Of a DNA stretch of 64,000 nt, positions 19,754 through 28,918 are shown piece by piece. Position numbers and translations under genes: made by a program. Positions within the stretch are counted from its first letter, which is position 1; every line of letters begins with the position of its first letter. This stretch comes from Nostoc sp. (GTDB lineage Bacteria; Cyanobacteriota; Cyanobacteriia; Cyanobacteriales; Nostocaceae), in assembly GCA_036918135.1 (NCBI GenBank), contig JBALDB010000011.1, positions 1 to 64,000 of the forward strand, in the 5' to 3' direction. The notes below the pieces were generated by a model. That model searched no databases, was not told where the DNA came from, and was given only the letters and a program-made list of their open reading frames with translations.

Positions 19754-21034
19754 TTATTGTTCTAACATTTTAAAAAATCGAGTAAAGTAATCGGGAAAGG
19801 TCTTCGCTGTACAACCTGGGTCTTTAATTACAATTCCTGGAACTTTTAAGCCTGTGACAGCAAATGCCATTGCCATGCGATGATCGTGATAAGTTTCAAT
19901 TGCTGCTGGGGTAATTGGGCTAGGTTCAATCTTCAGTCTATCGGCAAATTCTTCAACTTGAACTCCCAAGCGACGCAGTTCGGTCACTACGGCGTGAATG
20001 CGGTCGGTTTCTTTATAGCGAATATGTTCGACATTCCGAATGGTAACAGGTGAGGTGGCAAAGGGAGCGATCGCTCCTAATGTTTGCACCAAATCTGAGA
20101 TATCATTCATATCAATATCGATACCCTGCAATTGCTCTGGGCCTGTGACTTCGGTGTAATCATCAGCTTCTCGAATTTGGCAACCCATTTGTTCTAAAAC
20201 GTTGAGCCAAAGAATATCACCTTGACAAGATTGTTTGGTCAAATGTTTAACCCGCACTCGTCCACCAGTAACGGCAGCGGCGGCAAAAAAGTAAGAAGCA
20301 TTCGACGCATCTGGTTCTATTGTGTATTGTCGAGGCTGGTAACGCTGGCCTGCTTGAATTTGAAATTGATTTTCACCGATTTGATTTACTTCCACGCCAA
20401 AATCAGCCATCAACCGACAAGTCATTTTCACGTAAGATTGAGAAACCAATGTCCCCTCAACTTCAACGATTGTGTCTTGTTGAGCATAAGGCGCAATCAT
20501 CAGCAATGCCGAAAGTTGCTGACTTGTTTGGTTGGCTTTTAAACGAAAATGTCCCCCAAAAAATTGCCCACCGTAAATGGTGTAAGGCATAAAATCAGGG
20601 TTTCCTTGAAAGTTAACGGTTACTCCACTACTTTGCAGCACCTTTAGTAAGTCGCCCATCGGTCGTTCTCGCATTCGGGGAACACCATCTAAGCGATACT
20701 CGCCATTACCTAGTGCTACCAGCGCCGAAATAAACCTTGCTGCTGTACCTGCTAAGCCCACAAACAAATCTGCCTGCTTCGCGGGAATTTCGCCCCCTTT
20801 TCCTGCTACTTGAATTTGAGCCAGGTCAGGATTTAGGGTAATACGGATGCCTAATTGCTCTAAACATTTGGCAAAATAATTACTGTCTTCACTAAATAAG
20901 GCATTTTCTAAAATAGAGTCACCTTGGGCTAACGCAGCGACAAGTAATGCCCGATTAGTAATACTTTTAGAACCAGGAATCTCTACCGTGGCATCTATTA
21001 GGCGATTCAGAGCAGGGATTGCAATGGTATCCAC
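19754..21034 (-). CDS. aroA: 3-phosphoshikimate 1-carboxyvinyltransferase (EPSP synthase)
   Basis: PGSKSITNR, RERP, RYKETDR, DHRMAM motifs. Confidence 0.93.
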   Translation of the reverse strand: MDTIAIPALNRLIDATVEIPGSKSITNRALLVAALAQGDSILENALFSEDSNYFAKCLEQLGIRITLNPDLAQIQVAGKGGEIPAKQADLFVGLAGTAARFISALVALGNGEYRLDGVPRMRERPMGDLLKVLQSSGVTVNFQGNPDFMPYTIYGGQFFGGHFRLKANQTSQQLSALLMIAPYAQQDTIVEVEGTLVSQSYVKMTCRLMADFGVEVNQIGENQFQIQAGQRYQPRQYTIEPDASNASYFFAAAAVTGGRVRVKHLTKQSCQGDILWLNVLEQMGCQIREADDYTEVTGPEQLQGIDIDMNDISDLVQTLGAIAPFATSPVTIRNVEHIRYKETDRIHAVVTELRRLGVQVEEFADRLKIEPSPITPAAIETYHDHRMAMAFAVTGLKVPGIVIKDPGCTAKTFPDYFTRFFKMLEQ

Positions 21035-21110
21035 TTTAAACCTCTGTGCAGGTGGTCAGCTACAACTTAATTATGTTCGCATATTATGGATGGGGAGTGG
21101 GCATTGGGGA

Positions 21111-21241
21111 AGGTTATCAAAAACGGCTTTAATCATCGCTGGCGCAAATTCTTTAGAAGATAAACTGGCAAAACCACTACCACGCGCTGCCATAACATCA
21201 CTGTGGCCGCCAAAAATTAAGAGGGCTTGCGCGGCTAGTAT
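21111..21241 (-). pseudogene. nifJ: Internally deleted remnant of pyruvate:ferredoxin/flavodoxin oxidoreductase
   Basis: Hand translation ILAAQALLIFGGHSDVMAARGSGFA-SLSSKEFAPAMIKAVFDNL joins two PFOR motifs that are normally far apart. Confidence 0.7.
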
Positions 21242-21296
21242 CCTTTATTTAGATATCCTCTTTATCTTCGTTCGCCCGTTGCTCATATTCTGTAAT

Positions 21297-21467
21297 AATG
21301 AATGGACTTGTATTCTGAACCAACAGACCTGTGTTGTGAACGAATGAACTTGTGTTGTGAACGAATGAACTTGTGTTGTGAACGAATGAACTTGTGTTGT
21401 GAACGAATAGACTTGTGTTGTGAACGAATGGACTTGTATTGTGAACAAATGGACTTGTGTTGTGAAC
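21297..21467. repeat. Tandem array, 8 x 21 bp, consensus AACGAATG(A/G)ACTTGTGTTGTG
   Basis: Units start at 21297, 21318, ... 21444. Confidence 0.95.
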
Positions 21468-21668
21468 TAAAACTATCAAAATTCTTCTAGGTGCTTTGAT
21501 TATCATGGACGAAACTGTGGCAGAGGCGATCGCCTCTATTAAAACAGAAATTTTAAACAAGATGAGAATGCGATCGTTTTGCGATCGTCCCAATGTAGAG
21601 ACGCGATTCATTGCCTCTTCTTCAATTAACAATAAATGCCACAATAATAGAAGTCACACACAAGTATT

Positions 21669-22265
21669 ATGGCTACAGCCCAACGATTAACGTTTGAGCA
21701 ATACCTAGAAATAGATGATGGCAGGGAAAACCGTTATGAACTTGTTGATGGGAGGCTAATAGAATTGCCGCCAGAGTCAGAACCAAATACGTCCCTTGCA
21801 AATTACCTGTTCCTAGTATTAGTTAATGCTGGAATGCCTTTTCGACGGGTACAGCCTCATGCTTGCGAACTTCAAGTACCAGTCCTTGAGACTGGCGATC
21901 CTGCAAATCGCTACCCTGATTTGGTACTCCTCCGGGAGGAACACTTAGAGCTAACCCGGAAGCGGTTGACTATTACTTTTGACGTTCTTCCACCGCACTT
22001 GGTGGTTGAAGTGGTGTCTCCAGGTCAAAGCAATCGGGATAGAGACTATGTGCGGAAGCGGAAACAATACGCAGCACGCGGTATTCAAGAATACTGGCTA
22101 ATTGACCTAGAGGAGTTGGCGATCGCTATTTTACAATTGTCAGAAGGCAGTTATCGTGAGGCTGGCAGGTTTACCGGGAGTACGCAGATTAAATCTCCAG
22201 AACTGGAGCGCTTAGGTATTCAGCTACAAATAACAACTGAACAAATTTTTGATGTCGTTAAGTAG
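21669..22265 (+). CDS. Uma2 family putative restriction-like endonuclease
   Basis: RYELVDG, PDL, VVEVVSPG, KRKQYAARGIQEYWLID. Confidence 0.9.
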   Translation: MATAQRLTFEQYLEIDDGRENRYELVDGRLIELPPESEPNTSLANYLFLVLVNAGMPFRRVQPHACELQVPVLETGDPANRYPDLVLLREEHLELTRKRLTITFDVLPPHLVVEVVSPGQSNRDRDYVRKRKQYAARGIQEYWLIDLEELAIAILQLSEGSYREAGRFTGSTQIKSPELERLGIQLQITTEQIFDVVK

Positions 22266-22323
22266 TTTGGTGAAATTCATGCTTCTGCAAAATGCCATAA
22301 TCATGACAATCGAACATGATATC

Positions 22324-22472
22324 ATATCATGTGCGGGAAATTATTTGTGATATGTCATTGCGAGTGGAACGAAGTGAAACGTTCGCGGAGCGTCTCGTAG
22401 AGAAGCAATCACAAGGTTTCTGCGATTGCTTCACTCCGTTTGCAATGACAACTGTTTAACTGGACGTGATAT
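22324..22472. repeat. Nested palindromic element (ATATCA..-bounded shell, TGTCATTGC...GCAATGACA hairpin, inner dispersed repeat)
   Basis: Outer imperfect inverted repeat 22324-22336/22460-22472; inner inverted repeat 22353-22450. Confidence 0.6.
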
Positions 22473-23893
22473 CACTCCCCATTGCCAAACCACCAAGGGT
22501 CATTACTTGCATTAGTTTTAATCAAAAATGCTTTTTTCCGCATGAACCGTTTTAGCGCCGCCGCACCCATGCGCGACCCTCCCAGACCGGAGAATTTGAA
22601 GGCATTTTTCTCTCCCTCGTGCATAATGGCGGTGAGTGCAGCATCGTTGATACTGATAGCACCTGCATCTATATGTTGGGCAACTTCTAAAGCTTCTGCT
22701 TCGGATTCAGCGAAGACAGCAGCACTCAGTCCATAAATTGAGTCGTTTGCCAGGGATACTGCTTCTTCAACTTTGGCAAAAGGCATAACTGGCATAATCG
22801 GGCCGAAAGTTTCTTCGGTCATCACTTTCATAGAATGATTGACCTGAGTCAGCACTGTGGGACGACACCACCAACCTCCTCCTAAGTCTTCAATGACACC
22901 GCCACAGTGAATTACTGCTCCTTTTTCCACTGCATCTAAGAGATGGTCGCTAATAATTGCTGCTTGTCTTTCGGCAATGATGGGGCCAATTTCTCCACTT
23001 TCAAGTGTGGGATAAGCTAATTCAAGGCGATGGGCTTTGGCTATTAGTAGATGGTAAAATTTTTCAAATATCGATTCGGCAACATAAATTCGCTCAATTG
23101 ATAAGCATGATTGTCCGGCGTTGACGACGGAACCCCACAATATTGCTGAGGTTGCTAAATCTAAGTTGGCTGACTCTAAAACGATCGCTGGATCTTTTCC
23201 GCCTAATTCTAAAAAAGTGGGAATAAATTGTTTAGCAGCTGCCTGGGCTACTTTTCGTCCTGTTGCAACGCTACCTGTAAAACATACTAAATCTACATTC
23301 TCGATTAAAGCAGCTCCGGTTTCCCCTGCTCCTTCAACAAAAGTTAAGACATCGCGCAATTTGGGCACGGCGTTGAGTGCTGTAACTAACGGTGCTACGA
23401 AGCGGGGAGCAATTTCGCTGGGTTTGACAATCGCTGCACAACCCGCCAACAATGCGGGAATGGTATCAATAGTAGAGAGTAATAGCGGAAAATTCCACGG
23501 GCTAATCACCCCAACTAAAGGATAGGGTACAGATGCTTGTTGTAAGGCGATAAAGGGAATTGCTGTATTTTTTGAAGATTCTTGCAGCAATTCCGGTGCT
23601 AACTTACACCAGCGGTCAATACTAGAAAGGAAGGAATCGATTTCTAATACTGAAGTTGATAGTCTGCCCGTATCATTTACCAAAGCTTCCGTTAAGCGAT
23701 CGCGTCCTGATGATATAGTTTCTTTCCACTGTTGTAAAGCTTCAATTCTTCCTTCTATACCCAATTGCTGCCAATGAACCTGCGCCCGACGCGTGCGCTT
23801 ACATTGCTGTACTAGCAGCCTGGGAGGCGGCGGGATAATTACGTAGTCAAATTTGCCTGTTCGGGGGTTGCGGACTTCTATTGGTTTTGTCAT
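22472..23893 (-). CDS. NAD(P)-dependent aldehyde dehydrogenase
   Basis: SPWNFP, FTGS, LELGGKDP, GQSC (catalytic Cys), EETFGP. Confidence 0.93.
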   Translation of the reverse strand: MTKPIEVRNPRTGKFDYVIIPPPPRLLVQQCKRTRRAQVHWQQLGIEGRIEALQQWKETISSGRDRLTEALVNDTGRLSTSVLEIDSFLSSIDRWCKLAPELLQESSKNTAIPFIALQQASVPYPLVGVISPWNFPLLLSTIDTIPALLAGCAAIVKPSEIAPRFVAPLVTALNAVPKLRDVLTFVEGAGETGAALIENVDLVCFTGSVATGRKVAQAAAKQFIPTFLELGGKDPAIVLESANLDLATSAILWGSVVNAGQSCLSIERIYVAESIFEKFYHLLIAKAHRLELAYPTLESGEIGPIIAERQAAIISDHLLDAVEKGAVIHCGGVIEDLGGGWWCRPTVLTQVNHSMKVMTEETFGPIMPVMPFAKVEEAVSLANDSIYGLSAAVFAESEAEALEVAQHIDAGAISINDAALTAIMHEGEKNAFKFSGLGGSRMGAAALKRFMRKKAFLIKTNASNDPWWFGNGE

Positions 23894-23982
23894 TTGTCAT
23901 TTGTCATTGGTCATTTGTCATTTGTCATTGGTTGTTCCCCGCGTCAGAGCATCTCCCCCAGTCCCTAGTTCCAGTCCCCAAT

Positions 23983-25014
23983 TCAAATTATCCCCAATTT
24001 CGCTAACCGTTCGATGGTGGCTTGCTGGGTTTGCAGGAAGTGTTTGCGGTCTACTTCTTTTTCCAGCATAGTATTAGCGGGGTAAAAGTGTGACAGTCGA
24101 TAACTTTCGGCGTAGAGTTCAAATCGTTGGCGTGCGAGTAAATTATTTAACCCTGGTCGGCGGCGATCGCGGCGTAATGCTGCTAGATCAATCTCCGCAA
24201 ATGCTGCCATGCTCTCGCCTGTATCTGTTTGGACTATAACCATTCCTCGATGGTCGATGATTTTTGAGCCTCCATCAACAGAAGCAATGGGGATAGCAAT
24301 ATTAGCGATACCTGCGGTGTTAGCTGATACGACATACGCTAGATTTTCCACGGCACGAGTAATTTTGGCAGCGTCTTTGGGTGTGAGATTTTTGTTATAC
24401 ACTTCGGAAGTGGAATGCAGAAAAATCTCTGCTCCTCGCATCGCTAGACATCGCGCTACTTCTGGATACAAAATTTCTTCTGATGCTAAAGCTGCTAAAT
24501 TACCAATGTCAGTTTTGGCAACGGGGAAAACTCCCTCTAAACCATAGCAGTCGAGATATTTATCCCAAACGTCATGAGGGGTAGGGGCAAATAACGAATT
24601 CAGCCGCCGATAGCGCAAGACAATCGAGCCAGAAGGGTCAAGTACAAAGCAGGTTTGAAAGTATAATCCAGGAAAGTTGGGGTCAACTTCGTAGGCATTA
24701 CCAGCTAAAAAGATTTTATGCTTTTGGGCAATTTTTCCCAGTGCTTCATACTCAGCACCAGCCATTTCCACACAAGCTTTTTCTGCCCATCCTGCTAGAG
24801 TATCTCCCATCGGAAAACCCGTGAGAAAATATTCTGGCAGCACAATTAAACGACAATCAGAGCCAATGAAAGCAATACTAGCTGCAATTTGTTGTCCTAA
24901 GCGATTGATAGAGTTTTGTATCAGCGCTTGCGCTGCTTGGCGATCGCTTGCTTGGTTGACTGCGTGACAGGTAACTTGTAGTGCTAAGGCACGGTATGAT
25001 TCTGGATTAGTCAT
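23983..25014 (-). CDS. Nitrilase-superfamily carbon-nitrogen hydrolase (atypical catalytic residues)
   Basis: LIVLPEY, YRR, GNLAALASEEILYPEVAR..AMRGAEI, GGSKIID. Confidence 0.85.
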   Translation of the reverse strand: MTNPESYRALALQVTCHAVNQASDRQAAQALIQNSINRLGQQIAASIAFIGSDCRLIVLPEYFLTGFPMGDTLAGWAEKACVEMAGAEYEALGKIAQKHKIFLAGNAYEVDPNFPGLYFQTCFVLDPSGSIVLRYRRLNSLFAPTPHDVWDKYLDCYGLEGVFPVAKTDIGNLAALASEEILYPEVARCLAMRGAEIFLHSTSEVYNKNLTPKDAAKITRAVENLAYVVSANTAGIANIAIPIASVDGGSKIIDHRGMVIVQTDTGESMAAFAEIDLAALRRDRRRPGLNNLLARQRFELYAESYRLSHFYPANTMLEKEVDRKHFLQTQQATIERLAKLGII

Positions 25015-25190
25015 TAGTCATTGGTCATTGGTTATTGGTCATTGGTCATTGGTCATTGGTTATTGGTCATTGGTCATTGGTCATTGGTCAATAGTAAAAA
25101 GTAAATATTTGGTTGACTCTAAACAAAGAACTAATAACTAATGACTAATAACAAATGACAAATGACAAAGGACTAATGACTAATGACTAA
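25010..25190. repeat. STRR 7-mer tracts (CATTGGT / TGACTAA / TGACAAA); similar tracts at about 1576, 4431, 6190, 23888 and 48550
   Basis: Directly visible heptamer tandem repeats typical of heterocystous cyanobacteria. Confidence 0.9.
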
Positions 25191-25956
25191 TTTTACGATC
25201 GCCACCCCAGAGCGCTCGTACTAGTTTATCTGTTAATGGGGTGCCAAAGAGTTGAGCAGCAAATTTATTACCTGGGTCGCGTTCAGCAGATATACGGCGT
25301 AATAATAAGTCACGAGTAGCTAAAGCTGACCGTGCATCTTCTGAGACGCGTTCAGCTGCGTCTACCCAAGTTAGCCAGCGTTCTAGTGTTTCGTGTGCGA
25401 GTGTACGAGTTATTTCTAGGGTTTCAGAAGTAGGTACGGCGGTGTAGCACAGACTTACAGGAGATTGAAATAAGCGAACATAGACGCTTTTGCTAATAAA
25501 TAACTTCAGCCGCGGATCTTCTTGCAACTTCAAAAATGTTTGGTTAACTGGTTCGTAGTAGCGATCGAGATATGCTAAATCAGTTAAAAGCTCAGTCCGA
25601 GCAATGTAATCTATATAAAATAAAATATTTCCATCTGGAAGGGTGCCAAACTCAAACGCCAAATGTGGAACATGGATATGGGACGCTAACCAAACGGTGA
25701 GGCGCATGGTGCTAAAGTTAGATTTTTCCGGGTTTCCTAACCATGAATGCACTAACCAATCAATTTCTTTTCCTGAAAATGCGCTCAGGGAACCGTTGAT
25801 ATTACCATCAAGGCTGCTGTATTGCTGTAAATCTTCCACTGAAGGATCTAGATTTAACTCAAAACGAGCCTGCAATTTTTGGTAAAGTTCCTTTGTAATC
25901 TCCCACAACTGCTCAAAAACAGCTTTATTATTTAGATTGGTTGGTTGCTGAGTCAT
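25180..25956 (-). CDS. Red chlorophyll catabolite reductase-like protein (ferredoxin-dependent bilin reductase superfamily)
   Basis: IDWLVHSW, LTVWL...VPHLAFEFG, YIDYIAR..L..D..YLDRYY, YVR..QSP resemble the RCC_reductase family. Confidence 0.75.
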   Translation of the reverse strand: MTQQPTNLNNKAVFEQLWEITKELYQKLQARFELNLDPSVEDLQQYSSLDGNINGSLSAFSGKEIDWLVHSWLGNPEKSNFSTMRLTVWLASHIHVPHLAFEFGTLPDGNILFYIDYIARTELLTDLAYLDRYYEPVNQTFLKLQEDPRLKLFISKSVYVRLFQSPVSLCYTAVPTSETLEITRTLAHETLERWLTWVDAAERVSEDARSALATRDLLLRRISAERDPGNKFAAQLFGTPLTDKLVRALWGGDRKISH

Positions 25957-26001
25957 GGTTGGAGTTTGTTGGTTTTATATATAGAAAGTTTAAACTGCTT
26001 G

Positions 26002-26637
26002 TTATTGAAACTGACTCAATAACCAGGCTGCAACTTGAGATTGCTTCATTTCACGACTACGACGTAAAGCTTCTTCTAAAGTTGCAATTGTCATTCCAGG
26101 AAATACTTGAGATTCCTGAATACGTTTGCTACCTTGGTCTGCCATAGAATATGCAATAAATTGAGCATTTTGCACATCTACTACCCAATATTCACTAACG
26201 CCCAATTCTTCATAAAGCGACCGCTTTGTACCTAAATCATCCAGCAAAGATGTTTTCGCAATCTCAATTATTAAATCTGGTGCAGGGTAGCGAGCGAGGT
26301 TGACAATTCCTGTACCAGTTGGGATACTTTGGGCACGTTCTCTGAGGTAATAAGCAACATCGGGCTGACAGTCTTGAACTCCAGTTTTCCGAAAAGTGGT
26401 GGTGTCTAAACCTGTGGCTGGTATTCTTTTAAGTGCTGCAAATAAAGTTACCGCAAAAATAATTACAACATGGTTTTGACCGTGGTCGAAACTAACTGGT
26501 GCCATCTCCAGCCTCATGTGTCCTTTGTAGTAGTAACTCTTCGCCTTTTCGTTGAGCAAGTTAGCGATCGCTTCTTCATACTCTTGCCAAGAAGCACAAA
26601 TCCATGTATCTGTCAATTGGGTTTGTAACTGACTCAT
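26002..26637 (-). CDS. Uma2 family endonuclease
   Basis: QPDVAYY, PDLIIEIA, KRSLYEELGVSEYWVVD. Confidence 0.88.
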   Translation of the reverse strand: MSQLQTQLTDTWICASWQEYEEAIANLLNEKAKSYYYKGHMRLEMAPVSFDHGQNHVVIIFAVTLFAALKRIPATGLDTTTFRKTGVQDCQPDVAYYLRERAQSIPTGTGIVNLARYPAPDLIIEIAKTSLLDDLGTKRSLYEELGVSEYWVVDVQNAQFIAYSMADQGSKRIQESQVFPGMTIATLEEALRRSREMKQSQVAAWLLSQFQ

Positions 26638-26840
26638 TGCTTAATCCCGCCAAAATGAAAACTTTTGTTTCTTGGCAAAGTCAATAGATGCACTTGCAAT
26701 TTTATGTGTTTGCGATTGTCTGTTGTAAATTGTTTCCCCACTTGAGCTTGTTAACTTCCAGAATAATATACGCTGTACGCTATACGCTTATGTTGCTGTA
26801 TTCTCAAAAGGGGGATGCTTTTACTTGAATTTATTACTTT

Positions 26841-27704
26841 ATGTCTTCTGGCCAAAAACTACGGCAATTACTAGCGCGTCCAGAAATTATTGTGATTCCT
26901 GGGGTTTATGATTGTTTGGGAGCGAAGTTAGCCGAACAACAAGGTTTTGCAGTCGTGGCTAGCAGTGGTTTTGGAATTGCGGCTTCTGTTTTGGGTTTGC
27001 CAGATTACGGTTTTCTCACGGCTACGGAAATGCTTTATAGTGTGGGGCGGATTGCTCAATCAATTAATATTCCCTTGATTGCTGATTTGGATACAGGTTA
27101 TGGTAACGCCTTAAATGTAATTCGCACAATTAAAGATGCCGTACAGTTGGGCGTTGCTGGGGTGCTATTGGAAGACCAGGAATGGCCGAAAAAGTGCGGA
27201 CATTTTGAAGGGAAGCGAGTTATTTCCCAAGCCGAACATGTGGGAAAAATTCGCGCCGCAGTAGAAGCGCGTGGCGATAGCGGTTTAGTAATTATTGCGC
27301 GCACTGATGCGCGTGCGCCGTTGGGTTTAGCAGAAGCGATCGCTCGCGGTCGAGCTTACATTGCCGCTGGAGCAGATATACTGTTTGTGGAAGCTCCCCA
27401 ATCTGTTGAAGAGTTAAAGGCGATCGCTACTGCTTTTCCCGATGTGCCACTAGTGGCTAATATTGTTGAAGGTGGTAAAACTCCAGAAATTTCCACAGAT
27501 GAATTACAAAAGTTAGGCTTCAAAATTGCATTTTTTCCTCTCACAGCTTTATTAGCTGTCACTCAAGTAATGAATACTTGTTTTCAGCATCTCAAAGAAC
27601 AAGGAACCACAGCTAATTTACCCAACTTAGTTAACTTTAAAGATTTTCAAGAACTCGTCGGCGTTCCTAAATATTTGCAAATGGAACAAGATTTTAAATC
27701 ATAA
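26841..27704 (+). CDS. Isocitrate lyase / PEP mutase family C-C lyase (methylisocitrate lyase, dimethylmalate lyase or oxaloacetate decarboxylase-like)
   Basis: DLDTGYG, EDQEWPKKCGH, ARTDA. Confidence 0.88.
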   Translation: MSSGQKLRQLLARPEIIVIPGVYDCLGAKLAEQQGFAVVASSGFGIAASVLGLPDYGFLTATEMLYSVGRIAQSINIPLIADLDTGYGNALNVIRTIKDAVQLGVAGVLLEDQEWPKKCGHFEGKRVISQAEHVGKIRAAVEARGDSGLVIIARTDARAPLGLAEAIARGRAYIAAGADILFVEAPQSVEELKAIATAFPDVPLVANIVEGGKTPEISTDELQKLGFKIAFFPLTALLAVTQVMNTCFQHLKEQGTTANLPNLVNFKDFQELVGVPKYLQMEQDFKS

Positions 27705-27844
27705 ACTAACTTTGTTTTCCTATAATCACTTTCGGTAACAGTTTACAAAAGTAGATATTGGATGGAGAGCATCCCACTTTTTTTACATGTCATTGCCAGC
27801 GAAGCGACGTAACTTTACACGGTATATAGAAAAGCCAGATATAA

Positions 27845-28918
27845 CTACAGTAATTTTTGAGGTATCATAATTACAAATTCTGTCTCTTTCCCAGGGACAG
27901 AATTACATTCGAGTTGACCATTATGACTTTCGACAATAATTTGATAGCTAATAGACAGTCCTAAACCCGTACCTTTGCCGACTGGTTTGGTAGTAAAAAA
28001 TGGGTTAAATATTTGTTGTGTTAGTTCTTGTTCTATTCCTGTACCGTTGTCAATAATCCGAATTGAAACCCAGTTATCTATCAAGTTTGTACAAATTTTT
28101 ATTGTAGGAGTAAAGCTGGAAAGAGAAAGGCTAGATTCTAAAGAAATACTATCTAATTTTTGCTCTAAAGCATCAATAGCATTTGAAATAATATTCATCA
28201 ATACTTGATTGAGTTTACCTGCATAACACTCAACTAATGGCAGAGAGCTATATTCTTTGACAACTGTAATTTCTGGCAAAGTTGGTTGAGGTTGTAGCCG
28301 ATTTTTCAGAATCATTAAGGTACTATCGATACCTTCATTAATATCAACCTTTTTAATTTCTGCTTCATCTAATCGGGAAAATGTACGTAAAGAGCGAACA
28401 ATATCGCTGATACGTTGAGTTCCATTTTCCATAGAATACAAAATTTCAATGAAGTCTCTTTTGATAAAATCTAAATCGATTGCTTCGATTTTTTTGACTA
28501 TAGATGGAGACGGATTGGGGTAAAAGTTTTGATAACACTGTAATAGCTCTAAAATATCATGAGCATATTGAGCAGCATAGGTAATATTTCCGTGAATAAA
28601 ATTTACAGGATTATTGATTTCATGAGCAATACCAGCTACTAAAACGCCTAAAGCAGACATCTTTTCTGATTCTACTAATTTGCTTTGCATAGCTTGGAGT
28701 TTTTTTAAAGTTTGTTCTAAATCTCGACTTTGCTCTTGTGAAATTTTTTGTGATTCCCGAAGTTCGTGAATCACTTTGAGAAATAATGCTTCTTTTTTCT
28801 CGTTAGTTTCTTCTAAGGCAAGTCTTAAGCTTTCAGAACGCTCTAATTTCCTTTGTAAAATGCGGTTGGCTTTTTCTAATTCCTTAATTTTCTGCTCTGA
28901 AGTTGATTGCACAATCAT
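27845..28918 (-). CDS. Cytoplasmic sensor histidine kinase (coiled coil + HisKA + HATPase)
   Basis: AGIAHEINNP, NQVLMN, DNGTG, FFTTKPVGKGTGLGL. Confidence 0.92.
   Translation of the reverse strand: MIVQSTSEQKIKELEKANRILQRKLERSESLRLALEETNEKKEALFLKVIHELRESQKISQEQSRDLEQTLKKLQAMQSKLVESEKMSALGVLVAGIAHEINNPVNFIHGNITYAAQYAHDILELLQCYQNFYPNPSPSIVKKIEAIDLDFIKRDFIEILYSMENGTQRISDIVRSLRTFSRLDEAEIKKVDINEGIDSTLMILKNRLQPQPTLPEITVVKEYSSLPLVECYAGKLNQVLMNIISNAIDALEQKLDSISLESSLSLSSFTPTIKICTNLIDNWVSIRIIDNGTGIEQELTQQIFNPFFTTKPVGKGTGLGLSISYQIIVESHNGQLECNSVPGKETEFVIMIPQKLL

Noticed and set aside
20988..21690. Several short ORFs over the third array
   Set aside because: They are repeat-derived or antisense frames with no recognisable domain.
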